Of a stretch of DNA of 64,000 bases, positions 1-9,982 are shown in pieces. Below the pieces are notes generated by a model. It was not told where the DNA came from and made no database searches. It saw only the letters and a program-made list of their open reading frames with translations. The DNA comes from Bacteroidales bacterium (GTDB lineage: Bacteria > Bacteroidota > Bacteroidia > Bacteroidales > WCHB1-69), in the NCBI GenBank assembly GCA_028684405.1, contig JAQUGA010000001.1, forward strand, positions 1,833 to 65,832. The letters run 5' to 3'. Both the position numbers and the translations under genes were made by a program. The first letter of the stretch is position 1, and the number at the start of each line of letters is the position of its first letter.

Positions 1-1684
1 CAGTTATTACGTTCAGTAAAATTTCTAGATCTTGATGATCCGTAATTGGTTCAAACTCAAAATTAAACAAACCTGTTTGCCATTCATTAAGTTTTGTTTG
101 ATGGAAATGTATCAAATATCTTTCGTGCCAATAGTAATTGTGGCTTTCATTAAGTTTGTTAATGCTTAGGCTAACTTTCGTTTGATTTGTTTCTTGATAT
201 TCATTATCAATGAAAACTTGAATTATACTTGCTTTGTCAAAATCTGGAATATCAGTACTACTAATTTTAAGCACTTGAGTAACCGAATTTTCAGGACAAG
301 AAATATCCCCAATTGTAATTTCTTTTACCGTATAATATTGATTTTTATCAAAATTGTTTTTAAAAAGAAGGCCTTTATATTGATTATCCGTCTTTAAAAA
401 CACTTTCCAATATTTCTCTTTGTCCATGTCAATCCAATGAAGAATATATTCTTTGAATTGATATGTTTGAATGATGTTTAAGGGAATAGTAAAAAGCGAT
501 AATCCCATTATTAACAATTTGGACACTTTTCCCAATTTATCTAACATCAGGGCAAAGGGAATTAGAAAAATCACGTAGAAATCAATATAGGCTCTTAATC
601 CGTAGCTACAACCATAAAACCATGACCACCAAGAAGATAGAAAATAAGTCAGTAAAATAAAAAATCCAGCCCAAGTAAAAAATAGATAATATTGTTTTTT
701 GTAGGCAAACCAAATTAGACTTAAACTTGCGATAAATAGAACGGGGGTGTATACAAAAAGCCCTTTTTTGTAACTAAATAAAATACTAAAGAAATGAGGA
801 TCTAAAAAATTAAAACTTTCCCCTTGATATGAATACACGAGAAAATCTCCCGTTTGCAAATACCAAAAAACAAATTGAATGGAAATTATTGCAAAAAACA
901 ACAGAATACTTAATAAAAGATCTCGTGTGTTTTTAAAAAGAGTAGCGAAAGATATCTTTAAGTTTTCGACAGATGCGGCTAAAAATGGAATAAAAAAAAC
1001 AATTAAAATATTTGGCTGACGCAAGATAAATATAAGTCCCAAAAAAACAGAAGCCCAAACAAAATGGTTCATTTTCTGGTGCTTTATAAATGATTTGATG
1101 AAATACAAAAAAGCTGTAATCGCAAAGAGCGAGTATATGTGGCTAAATCCGGCATCGAAATTTACGTAGTTCGTTAGGGAAGTTGCTAATACTAATATCA
1201 GCTGACTGAAAAATATTATATGTTTTTTAATATCGTATAAAACAAGTAGTTTTTTCAAAAATAAAATACTTAAAAACAAATAGAAAATTGCAATATAAAA
1301 AAATGATTTTTGAAAAGCACTTTGATAACCATCATTAAAGTTTCCTTCAAGCTTTGACGTCAAACACGTGTATGTAAAAAAGGGAAGTTGCAGAAAAGCG
1401 GTTCCTCCAGAATACTTGTTTACTTTATAGCCTTTATAATCGACATATACTCCATTTATGGAATTTATTCGATGGTATAAGTTTGGGTTTTGATGAACAG
1501 AATCATTTTTTCGGACAAAATCATGATGAATAAAAATGGATGGTAAATATTCATAATATCCAACTTCATCAGCCCCAATTCGTTTATCTGCCTTTCCAAT
1601 ATAGTTATTAATGAGGAAAATCAAACAGAAAATTATCACGAACTCATTTATAAAATATTTCAGCGTAGATACTAAGATTTTCAT
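1..1684 (-). CDS. polytopic integral membrane protein, GT-C (ArnT/PMT_2-like) fold suspected; partial, continues past the left edge
   Basis: Absent from the ORF track because no stop lies inside the window. Translating the minus strand from ATG 1684-1682 (MKILVSTLKYFINEF...) stays open to base 1, about 561 codons. More than 10 hydrophobic segments, an acidic ADEVGYYEY motif in the first loop, and a soluble C-terminal part. Confidence 0.55.
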   Translation of the reverse strand, partial: MKILVSTLKYFINEFVIIFCLIFLINNYIGKADKRIGADEVGYYEYLPSIFIHHDFVRKNDSVHQNPNLYHRINSINGVYVDYKGYKVNKYSGGTAFLQLPFFTYTCLTSKLEGNFNDGYQSAFQKSFFYIAIFYLFLSILFLKKLLVLYDIKKHIIFFSQLILVLATSLTNYVNFDAGFSHIYSLFAITAFLYFIKSFIKHQKMNHFVWASVFLGLIFILRQPNILIVFFIPFLAASVENLKISFATLFKNTRDLLLSILLFFAIISIQFVFWYLQTGDFLVYSYQGESFNFLDPHFFSILFSYKKGLFVYTPVLFIASLSLIWFAYKKQYYLFFTWAGFFILLTYFLSSWWSWFYGCSYGLRAYIDFYVIFLIPFALMLDKLGKVSKLLIMGLSLFTIPLNIIQTYQFKEYILHWIDMDKEKYWKVFLKTDNQYKGLLFKNNFDKNQYYTVKEITIGDISCPENSVTQVLKISSTDIPDFDKASIIQVFIDNEYQETNQTKVSLSINKLNESHNYYWHERYLIHFHQTKLNEWQTGLFNFEFEPITDHQDLEILLNVIT

Positions 1685-1940
1685 AATGATTAATTCTAAG
1701 ATGTGAAACAATCTGTTACTTAGTGTTCGCAAGAACTGAGTTTAAGAGCTCAGAACAGCTAAAACACTAATTTTTTTTTAATTTTGCAAGCACTATTTAA
1801 AAGAAAACACATTCTTTTTGTAAATATTAAGCAATGTGCAAATTTAGTAAAAAATCTGTTTGTTCCAACTCAAAACCCAACTCTCAAATTTTAAGCAAGA
1901 TTTATTACCAATATTACTTATCAGGGACTTGTCAAGTTTG

Positions 1941-2516
1941 TTAATCTATATATTTCAATACAGATTTCTTCATATCAAATGCTAATTCAATATAGGTATT
2001 ATTATTAAATTCGAATTCTCCAAGAATTTCCCAGCCGAGTTTTTTAGTGTGCGCTTTTTCTGAAATCGCATTTATTTTATTGATAAATGTAATTGAGATT
2101 GGGTATTTTTTTAAAAACTCAAGTCTCATTTCTTCAAAAATTAAGTTTAAAACTCCTTTTCCTCTATATTCTTTATCAATACACACGGGCCCGTATTGAA
2201 AACTATTTTCTGTGGTGATTTTGCTTCCATTAAATGACATTTTTGGGAAACGAGAAATCATATGTTTAAAAAGGTCCCATTGCTCAAAATATTCCCAGCT
2301 TCCTGCAAAAGCATAGGCGATAATTACATCATTCTCGTTTACAGCTAAAATCAGTCCATTTTGTAGAATTATTTCCTCAATTTGGCTTACCGTAAATGGA
2401 GTTGTTACAAATCCTTCTTTTCTCTCTATTTCGCTTAAATTGCGAAACAAATATCTTTCTTGAAGGGCTAAAACGTCATCAATATCATTTCTGTTTCCTA
2501 TTCTGGTTTTTATCAT
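1941..2516 (-). CDS. GNAT family N-acetyltransferase
   Basis: ORF 1941..2579. Acetyl-CoA pocket-like KEYRGKGVLNLIF and typical GNAT length. I prefer the internal Met (MIKTRIG, 2516) over the Lys/Arg-rich 21-aa extension. Confidence 0.8.
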   Translation of the reverse strand: MIKTRIGNRNDIDDVLALQERYLFRNLSEIERKEGFVTTPFTVSQIEEIILQNGLILAVNENDVIIAYAFAGSWEYFEQWDLFKHMISRFPKMSFNGSKITTENSFQYGPVCIDKEYRGKGVLNLIFEEMRLEFLKKYPISITFINKINAISEKAHTKKLGWEILGEFEFNNNTYIELAFDMKKSVLKYID

Positions 2517-2695
2517 TTTGCGTCTGTTTTTTTTTGATTTATAGAGTTTTGCACTATGTTTCAAGTCATTTAAAAGCAAAAAGTTATAAGTTTAACATCA
2601 GATCGGTTTTCAAGAAAAGTTTGTGTTGAATTATACACATCACCAAGTATTAGTTGTCAACAAAAATAGGTTTTTATTCAAACTTTTGCAAAAAA

Positions 2696-2730
2696 AATAC
2701 CGAAAAATTTTTATTAATCTATTCGGTATT
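2696..2730 (-). terminator. hairpin plus T-tract downstream of lipoprotein gene 2757..3194
   Basis: 9-bp arms aataccgaa / ttcggtatt with a 17-nt loop. On the minus strand a run of T follows (plus-strand A-run 2691-2697). Confidence 0.45.
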
Positions 2731-2756
2731 TAATAAAAGAAAACGCCTCATTAAGA

Positions 2757-3194
2757 CTACTTCTTTTTCAGTCTATATATTTCAGAATAAGTAAAAGAAA
2801 GATCGTCAGATGTGAAATTATCTGTGATGGAGAGTGTCAAATCATTTTTCCTCCAATCCATATCAAATACACGTCCTTCGTTCCCATAAATCAATGTTAG
2901 CTTATCTTTTGTGTTTGAATACGTAAAAACCTCTGTTTCAACGTCTCCATCAACTGTAATTACAACAATTCCACTACCATCTTTTCTAAATGTAAAAGTG
3001 CCATAGTTATATATGGTTTCATTAAAATTATCCGACACATTTGTGCTCGTCTGTTTTACAAATAAGCTCTCAATATTCCATACGCCTCCGTTTTTCCAAA
3101 GGTTTCTTTCTATTGTAGTTTCTTTTTTGCAACTTGTCAATAATGCAATTCCTGTAAATAGAAATCCAATCAGTACTGTTTTAATTAATCTCAT
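2757..3194 (-). CDS. lipocalin-like domain lipoprotein
   Basis: Signal peptide with lipobox (LLTSCKKETT). Short beta-rich body with WxxxxW and TFxKDG motifs. Paralog of 39822..40199. Confidence 0.7.
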   Translation of the reverse strand: MRLIKTVLIGFLFTGIALLTSCKKETTIERNLWKNGGVWNIESLFVKQTSTNVSDNFNETIYNYGTFTFRKDGSGIVVITVDGDVETEVFTYSNTKDKLTLIYGNEGRVFDMDWRKNDLTLSITDNFTSDDLSFTYSEIYRLKKK

Positions 3195-3293
3195 GTTTTC
3201 TTCAATTATTATTGTGACAAAATCCTACTCATCTGGCTTTTCGGTATCGCCTCGTTCTTTTTAAGTGGTTTCTGAACTCCACTTATTGTTTTT

Positions 3294-3689
3294 TTATTGA
3301 ATTTTATCACCTGCAGTGGGTCCAGCGATCGAATTATAAACTGAATGTACCGTGATAATTACGGCACCTTTGGCGGGATATTTTTCATTTACAGCTTTCA
3401 TCCATTTATAGGCTTCTTCAAATTCTTTTCCTTCAGAAACATAAACAGCAGTTCCTTTTATTTGATATGATTCTTTTTCGCGACGGACAAGTATTGCAAC
3501 TTCGGGATTTTCCTTTAGATTGGAAAGTGTTTTGTTGAAATAATTATCGATGACCACAATTTTACCATCTTCCCGAATGTATTTTGCGCCAATGGTACAA
3601 ATATTAGGAATGCCGTCGCAGGACGCTGTTGCAAATTGATGAAGTTGTTCTTGTTCAAAAATTTCGGCTATTTCTTTTTTTAATATCAT
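3294..3689 (-). CDS. pyridoxamine 5'-phosphate oxidase family FMN-binding protein
   Basis: 131 aa. Split-barrel-like pattern ATASCDGIPNICTIGAKY...VVIDNYFNKT...VAILV. Confidence 0.75.
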   Translation of the reverse strand: MILKKEIAEIFEQEQLHQFATASCDGIPNICTIGAKYIREDGKIVVIDNYFNKTLSNLKENPEVAILVRREKESYQIKGTAVYVSEGKEFEEAYKWMKAVNEKYPAKGAVIITVHSVYNSIAGPTAGDKIQ

Positions 3690-3831
3690 TTTTATTTCTC
3701 CTTTTGTTTAGTCATTAAGTTTTATCAAAGTTAATCAATCTATGCAAAAGTAGATAGTTTTTCAAATAGAGCATCACCATTCTTTTGCAAAAAAAAGACT
3801 AAGCCTTTTACAATTCGGATCCGACCACTTT

Positions 3832-4236
3832 TCACTTAATTAGTGGTTTTCCTTCAATCACCCATATCTCATTTTCATTGCTCACAGTTCCTGTAATAGC
3901 TGGGAAATAGGAGGTTTTACAAATTTCCTTAGAGTTTTGGAAAGAGATTGAGTAAACTTCTCCTATTTTCAGCTCTTCATATTTTACTGAAGCCGTAATT
4001 TCAAATGTAATTGTATCATCAAAAACAGTTGTTTCATCCTCGGTACCCTTCAAAATTCTGGCTTTATATTTAAAACCCCATCCAATGGGAGCAACATCCA
4101 TGATTTTGACTTCCAGTTTTATGGACTCCTGTTTTAAATTGTCGACACTATTTTGTGCATTGCAAGATGAAAAGAAAAAGAGGAAAGACATTGTTGCAAG
4201 GAACAGGATTTGATTTGCTATATGTGTTGTTTTCAT
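3832..4236 (-). CDS. hypothetical lipoprotein
   Basis: Signal peptide with lipobox (FFFSSCNAQ). No recognisable catalytic motif. Confidence 0.6.
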   Translation of the reverse strand: MKTTHIANQILFLATMSFLFFFSSCNAQNSVDNLKQESIKLEVKIMDVAPIGWGFKYKARILKGTEDETTVFDDTITFEITASVKYEELKIGEVYSISFQNSKEICKTSYFPAITGTVSNENEIWVIEGKPLIK

Positions 4237-4357
4237 TTTTATTGGTGTATTTACAATTTGGTGCTTAATAAGATTTCTTAGTTAGACCACTTTCCTAGTT
4301 TTCAAATATACATTTTTTTAGCAATTTGCCTTTTAGTTACATATTAAAAAAAGTTTA

Positions 4358-5830
4358 TCATTTATAATCAGAGACTCTTTCTGCAACTAATTTCGAACCA
4401 ATTACGGCCATTGGCAATCCAGCTCCAGGAACTGTGGATGCGCCAACATAAAAAGTGTTTTTAAATTTTTCGTCGTAGTTTTTGGGTCTCAAAGCTCCAA
4501 TTTGCAACATGCTGTGCGACAATCCCAAACCTGCTCCTTTGTATAGATTAAACTGGTTTTGCCAATCTTCTGGCGTGTATTCCATTTGAAAAATAATATC
4601 TTTCGAAATGTCCTGCTTGATTCTTTTTGAGAAATCAGCAAGAATACTATTTACAATGTCCTTTTTATCCGACCAATCGGTTTTATAAAGCAAACTGGGA
4701 ACTGGACACACAAAGAACAAAGCTTCACAGCCTTCTGGTGCACATTCGCTATTGTGTTTTGATAAAACGTTTACGTAGTAATATGGTTTTTCCAATGTTC
4801 CCGGATTTTTTAAAACATCTTTTGCATATTCTTCGTAGTTGTTTCCCAAAAAGTAATTATGATGTTCAACTTGAGGCAACTTTTTATTGACTCCAACATA
4901 GAAAGTCAAATAACCCATGGTCCATGTCATCTTGCTTAAGCGTTTTTCAGAGAATTTTTTGCGATTAAAAACAGTTCCTCTAAACAATGCAGCATCAGCA
5001 TTTATTACATAAATATCGGCCTCCCATGATTTTCCATTTTGGTCAATCAATGATGTTACTTTGCCATCGGCACTTGTAAAATCAGCGATTTCGGTATTGT
5101 ATTCAAATGAAACATTCAGTTTTTCAAGTTCTTTCACCAAACTGGTCACAATCGTATACATTCCGCCTTTTACGTTGTAATATCCGTTATTTGTAAACTC
5201 AATGTGAGATAATAAGGTATATACAGCATTGGTGTCAAAGGGCGTTCTTCCTAAGAAAAATGCGATTAGTGATACAATTTGTCGCACCTCTTTCGATTCA
5301 AAAAAAGAGCTGCTTTGTCTCCAAAATGTTTTTAATAAAACAGGAAGATGTTTGGGATTTACTTGCATTAACGATTTAATGTAGTGGGGGATGCTGTCAA
5401 AATTTTGTTTAATAACCACATCAACTGTATCTTTATATAGCTCTTCACATTTTTTTAAATAGGCTGTAAATTTCCTTTTAAAATCGGGTTCAACTTCGCT
5501 AAATTGCTCACTAAGCTTGTCAATATCTTTATAAAGCGAATATTTTTTATCACTTCCTCTAAAATTTACGGTATAAAGTGGATCTAATTCTACAAAATCG
5601 AAAGGCATTTTAATTCCGCAATCTTCAACCAGTTCTTCAAACTCATAGGGCATACTAAAAAAGCTGGGTCCTACATCAAAAGTGAAACCATCCTTTTTAA
5701 GCTGGTTTAAACGGCCACCTGCTTGCGGTGCTTTCTCTACAAACTTTACTTGATATCCTTTTGTTGCCAATCTTAGGCCTGTTGAGAGTCCTCCCAAACC
5801 AGTTCCTACAATTAATACTGTTTTTTTCAT
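4358..5830 (-). CDS. crtI: phytoene desaturase family FAD-dependent oxidoreductase (CrtI/CrtN-like)
   Basis: N-terminal Rossmann motif VLIVGTGLGGLSTGLRLATKGYQVKFVEK...AGGR, C-terminal FYVGASTVPGAGLPMAVIGSKL, 490 aa. Confidence 0.85.
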   Translation of the reverse strand: MKKTVLIVGTGLGGLSTGLRLATKGYQVKFVEKAPQAGGRLNQLKKDGFTFDVGPSFFSMPYEFEELVEDCGIKMPFDFVELDPLYTVNFRGSDKKYSLYKDIDKLSEQFSEVEPDFKRKFTAYLKKCEELYKDTVDVVIKQNFDSIPHYIKSLMQVNPKHLPVLLKTFWRQSSSFFESKEVRQIVSLIAFFLGRTPFDTNAVYTLLSHIEFTNNGYYNVKGGMYTIVTSLVKELEKLNVSFEYNTEIADFTSADGKVTSLIDQNGKSWEADIYVINADAALFRGTVFNRKKFSEKRLSKMTWTMGYLTFYVGVNKKLPQVEHHNYFLGNNYEEYAKDVLKNPGTLEKPYYYVNVLSKHNSECAPEGCEALFFVCPVPSLLYKTDWSDKKDIVNSILADFSKRIKQDISKDIIFQMEYTPEDWQNQFNLYKGAGLGLSHSMLQIGALRPKNYDEKFKNTFYVGASTVPGAGLPMAVIGSKLVAERVSDYK

Positions 5831-5938
5831 AAATCTATATTTTTTTTCAATTTTGTAAATGCGTTTATTTGTTAAAATTCTATTTTACAGTCTAATATCT
5901 GATTTTCAATGCATTATTTTTATGCCTAAAAACAAAAA

Positions 5939-7033
5939 CTACAAAAAAACATCTCTTCCCTTCCATTTATATTGTTTGTTTTTTTTAGTTAAAACAGCTT
6001 TAATAAGAAGTTGTCCCAAAAACAAAAGCTGTAAGGGGAAAAACAACAGATTCAATTCAACATTTTGTTTGCTTGTTATTGAATAGATAACTTGTATTAA
6101 AATAACGAGTGCAAAATAAATTGGCAAAAGGGTGGCTTTTGCTAAAAGGATTGGGATAAATCCGAGTGTGGCAAATATCCAAAATAGAAAAGCCAAAACA
6201 GCTTGGTTTCCAAAAAACATAAAAACATTTTTGGTAAATCCATTTTTGGCTTCGTTGTAGCTTGAATACATTCTGCATTTTATTCTCTTTTCACCCGTAA
6301 TGCAGGCTATTTTTATTTTTTCTTTTTTAAAAAATCGAGAAATAGCAATGTCTTCCACGGCGGATGATTTAAATGTTTGGTGCGGCTGTTTTTTTTGGTA
6401 CGTATGGGCATTAAAAAGCATAAACTGCCCATTTGCGGCTGCGTGAGAAGCAAAGGGCGAGATTCGAACAAAAATCAGTGGCAAAAGGGTCAAAAGAATG
6501 TAATTCATAATCGGGACCGAAACTTTTTCGCCCCATGTTTTTTGAATTTGTGTAGGGAAAACAGAAAGTAAGCCCAAGTTGTGTATGTTTAAATGTGAAA
6601 TAGCTTCTTCAATAATATTGCCTTTTAGCCTTACATCGGCATCTATAAACAGAAAATAATTTCCTTTTGCCTCCTGGGCCAGTTGATAACAAGCATGGTT
6701 TTTCCCCAACCATCCATCAGGCAATCCTTTTGATTGCATCAATTTTATTCGAGGGTCGACCTCTGCAAATTCTTGTACAATTTGAGCAGTATTATCCGTT
6801 GATTGGTCATCATAAACAATAATTTCGAGATTTTCATTTTTCATTTTTTGCAAATCTCCCAACAATAAGTGAATATTCTGCTCTTCGTTTCGTGCTGGAA
6901 TTAAAACTGAAATTTTTTCATTTGAAGCGAGATTGTTTTTTTTTATTTTCTGACGAAAAAAGAAGTTCAGCAGTACATTAAAAAATTGAAATGCGACAAA
7001 GCCAATGGATATATATGCCAGATATTTCATCAC
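5939..7033 (-). CDS. GT2 family glycosyltransferase with C-terminal membrane domain (carotenoid glycosyltransferase candidate)
   Basis: ISVLIPARNEE...IIVYDDQSTDNT...FIDADV (DxD) followed by TM segments. 4-nt overlap with the upstream gene. Confidence 0.8.
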   Translation of the reverse strand: MMKYLAYISIGFVAFQFFNVLLNFFFRQKIKKNNLASNEKISVLIPARNEEQNIHLLLGDLQKMKNENLEIIVYDDQSTDNTAQIVQEFAEVDPRIKLMQSKGLPDGWLGKNHACYQLAQEAKGNYFLFIDADVRLKGNIIEEAISHLNIHNLGLLSVFPTQIQKTWGEKVSVPIMNYILLTLLPLIFVRISPFASHAAANGQFMLFNAHTYQKKQPHQTFKSSAVEDIAISRFFKKEKIKIACITGEKRIKCRMYSSYNEAKNGFTKNVFMFFGNQAVLAFLFWIFATLGFIPILLAKATLLPIYFALVILIQVIYSITSKQNVELNLLFFPLQLLFLGQLLIKAVLTKKNKQYKWKGRDVFL

Positions 7034-7650
7034 GAAGTTTTTGTTTTTTGAATATCTAATATATTGTTATAGAATTTGTTGTATTCTTTTTCAATGGATT
7101 TGTCTTTTAAATTTTGCGAAGAATCCGTTTGCATATAAATATACAGACTTGGTTTTGAGTTGGAAAAATAATCAATCAAATTTGCCACAAAAATAACTTG
7201 CACTTCATCATGGCAATGCTCAATAATTCGTTGAATTCCTTTCTCAAAATGCATAACATTGTTGTACAGCGAGTTAATTTCGCCTTGGGGGAACATAAAT
7301 ACCATATTTTTTGAATCGTTCAATAGTTCTGTTGTGTAGTTTATACTTTCGACCACACTTCGGGAATGTTTTTTTACGGAAAACGCTCCGGTATATTGAA
7401 AATACCAATGTTTTTTCAATTGTTCTTCCAACATCATAAAGTGAAATTTTCGATGAAGTATTTTCAAATTCAGATGCATTAACCAAAAACCGTCCCACCA
7501 GCCAATGTGATTTGCTATTACAAGCACGGGCTTTCCAGTATCGTTATATTCTCCTTGAATGTCTATAGATTTGAACTTACGCTTTAGCAAATATTGCGTC
7601 AGCCTTTTAAAAAGTGGATAAATAACAATATGATGCTTCGATTTTATCAT
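7030..7650 (-). CDS. PlsC/LPLAT-type acyltransferase (CruD-like carotenoid glycoside acyltransferase candidate)
   Basis: HX4D motif in VIANHIGWWDGF, plus FPQGE. 4-nt overlaps on both sides (7647-7650, 7030-7033). Confidence 0.75.
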   Translation of the reverse strand: MIKSKHHIVIYPLFKRLTQYLLKRKFKSIDIQGEYNDTGKPVLVIANHIGWWDGFWLMHLNLKILHRKFHFMMLEEQLKKHWYFQYTGAFSVKKHSRSVVESINYTTELLNDSKNMVFMFPQGEINSLYNNVMHFEKGIQRIIEHCHDEVQVIFVANLIDYFSNSKPSLYIYMQTDSSQNLKDKSIEKEYNKFYNNILDIQKTKTS

Positions 7651-8306
7651 GCTTGTATTTTAAAGAAAAGCATCAAAAAAAACAAAAATACAAATTGGCT
7701 TAGCAACAATATTTTCGACATTGGGTTTTCGGTATTTATTCTGAATACCTTTAAGAATCCCGCAAAAACCAGTGCTATTAAATACCATGCGATATAATTG
7801 GAAATGGGAACGGATGAACTTTGCCAATCCCACATATCCATTTTTGGGGCTACTTGTTCGAGAACAAAATCATAAATCAGCATCAAGAAAGGGGCAAATA
7901 TGACCGTTAAAATAGAATTCAGTTTGTAACTACTCAAAATAGAAACGCTAGTATAGGCTAAGAAAAGCCAATTTATTCCAATTAATAAGGGCGTTTCATA
8001 TATTTTCAAACCGAGTCCGCTTCCGTATTTATAGTTGCCAAAAATTAATCCAGTATTGACGCCAATAAGCTCCACAAGAAATCCTAAAAGGTAGATAAGT
8101 AAAAAAACAAAAATTGTTTTTTTTGTATATTTTTCATGATAAAGTGCCAATAAATATGTACTTAAAATAAGAGCAAAAGGGGTGATGGCGATGAAAAAAT
8201 CTTTTGTAAACGGAATGAGAAAGCCTAAGGTTCCAACAATGTAAAAAATAATAATAAATTTTTTTACTTCAAATACCGATATTTTATTTTTGGGGTATAA
8301 ATTCAT
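7647..8306 (-). CDS. carotenoid biosynthesis membrane protein (DUF422/PF04240-like, CruF-type hydratase family suspected)
   Basis: 219 aa with about 7 TM segments, in an operon between the blc-like gene and the acyltransferase. Family call is from memory of this size, topology and gene context. Confidence 0.55.
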   Translation of the reverse strand: MNLYPKNKISVFEVKKFIIIFYIVGTLGFLIPFTKDFFIAITPFALILSTYLLALYHEKYTKKTIFVFLLIYLLGFLVELIGVNTGLIFGNYKYGSGLGLKIYETPLLIGINWLFLAYTSVSILSSYKLNSILTVIFAPFLMLIYDFVLEQVAPKMDMWDWQSSSVPISNYIAWYLIALVFAGFLKVFRINTENPMSKILLLSQFVFLFFLMLFFKIQA

Positions 8307-8332
8307 CTTCTTTTTAATGTTTTACAGACATA

Positions 8333-8863
8333 TTACTGATTATGTTCAATCCATAATAATTCAGAAACATTGAACCCCAGGCTTTTAGCCAATTCAACAT
8401 ATTTAGTTTTTATATTTTCGGGAATTGTTTTTTCGCGCGATAAAATCCATAAATAATCAAAATTCTTGCCCGAAACCAAAGCGTATTTATATCCAGCATC
8501 CAGAGCGATCACATTATAACCCGTGTAAAAAGGACCGAAAAAAGAGACTTTAAGCATTGCGATGGTGTCTTCGCCAGCAAATTTGGCTTTGCCAATGGCT
8601 TCTTTCCATGTTTTTTTCTCATAATCATAACCGCGGTTTAGCACCTTCACTTTTCCATCGCTGCGCAATGTATATTCGGCAGTTGTATTGTTTAAACCTT
8701 TTTCAAATCTAAAATCGAAGCGGGCAATTTCGTACCATTTTCCTAAATATCGATCTAAATCAAATGGCGATACTGCTTTAACCCCTTTGGGGATGGTAGA
8801 ACAAGACGAAAACAATGATATCATGGTGAGAAGGATTAAGTAAATAAAAATATTTTTTTTCAT
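8333..8863 (-). CDS. blc: bacterial lipocalin (Blc-like outer-membrane lipoprotein)
   Basis: Lipobox LFSSCST. Hallmark DLDRYLGKWYEIARF and YLWILSR motifs. Confidence 0.85.
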   Translation of the reverse strand: MKKNIFIYLILLTMISLFSSCSTIPKGVKAVSPFDLDRYLGKWYEIARFDFRFEKGLNNTTAEYTLRSDGKVKVLNRGYDYEKKTWKEAIGKAKFAGEDTIAMLKVSFFGPFYTGYNVIALDAGYKYALVSGKNFDYLWILSREKTIPENIKTKYVELAKSLGFNVSELLWIEHNQ

Positions 8864-8891
8864 GATGGTTGGATTTAAATTTTTTTCATAA

Positions 8892-9734
8892 TTAAATTAG
8901 ATTTGTTTTGTAAAGAATCATCACCTTTATCAAAATCATCTTTTTTTTAAAATTAGAGATTCTTATTCTTTTTGAAATCATTTTTTCGGGCGAAGTACGT
9001 TTTATTTTTTCAAACAAAGTTTTATAATAATAGTAAGCTAAAGCGACTGCTAGTTTTGATCTTCCGGGCAATTGTTTAACACCAATCCAAGCTTCTTTAA
9101 AATCTTTTTCTATTGATTCTTCAATCAGTTTTTTGCTCTCTAGGTCAAATGGTTTATCAGATATTTCAGGAAAATAGGTTCTTCCCAAGTCCTGCATATC
9201 TTCTTTTAAATCTCGAATGAAATTCACTTTTTGAAAAGCAGAACCCAGTTTTTGAGCCGGAACTTCAAGCGTTTGGTAGAGGGAAGTTTGCCCATCACAG
9301 AAAATTTTTAAACACATTAATCCAACCACGTCTGCCGACCCATAAATGTATTTTTCTAACTCCTTAGAATTATGAAACTCCGATTTGGTAAGGTCGGAAC
9401 TCATGCTGTTCATAAAAGATTGAATATGCTCTCTGCTGATGTTGTATTTTTTTACGGTGTCTGTAAAGGCTACCAATATTACATTTGTACTTATTTGGTT
9501 TTCAAGAGCATAATGCATATCTTCATTTAATTTTTGCAATAAAAAAACCTTGTCAAAGTCGTGAAAACTATCAACAATTTCATCCGCTAAACGTACAAAA
9601 CCGTAAACGGCATAAATAGCACGACGATGTTCTTTTTCTAAAAACGAACTTGCCAGCGAAAAAGAGGTGCTGTACTCCTTTGTAATTAGTTTTGAAACTT
9701 TGTAGCTATTATCGATAAAAAATTCAACGCTCAT
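8892..9734 (-). CDS. crtB: phytoene/squalene synthase family protein (CrtB/CrtM-like)
   Basis: YSTSFSLAS...AIYAVYGFVRLADEIVD and YIYGSADVVG motifs (two Asp-rich regions), 280 aa. Confidence 0.85.
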   Translation of the reverse strand: MSVEFFIDNSYKVSKLITKEYSTSFSLASSFLEKEHRRAIYAVYGFVRLADEIVDSFHDFDKVFLLQKLNEDMHYALENQISTNVILVAFTDTVKKYNISREHIQSFMNSMSSDLTKSEFHNSKELEKYIYGSADVVGLMCLKIFCDGQTSLYQTLEVPAQKLGSAFQKVNFIRDLKEDMQDLGRTYFPEISDKPFDLESKKLIEESIEKDFKEAWIGVKQLPGRSKLAVALAYYYYKTLFEKIKRTSPEKMISKRIRISNFKKKMILIKVMILYKTNLI

Positions 9735-9982
9735 AAATAATATCTATTATTTTTTAATTTGTTCATCAAACAATACAAAACTACTGCTATAAATACAAGT
9801 TTTATGAATTATATCACTCTAAAATGTTGGATTTCAATTTTGTTTTATTCTAAAAACGAATTTATGTACTTAATAAAACAATCAGTATGTCTATATTGTT
9901 TAATAAAATCCAGATATTTCACTAAATCATTCTGATTATTTAAAAAGATCGCTATTTTTCTTTTTAATAAATCAATTGACCC

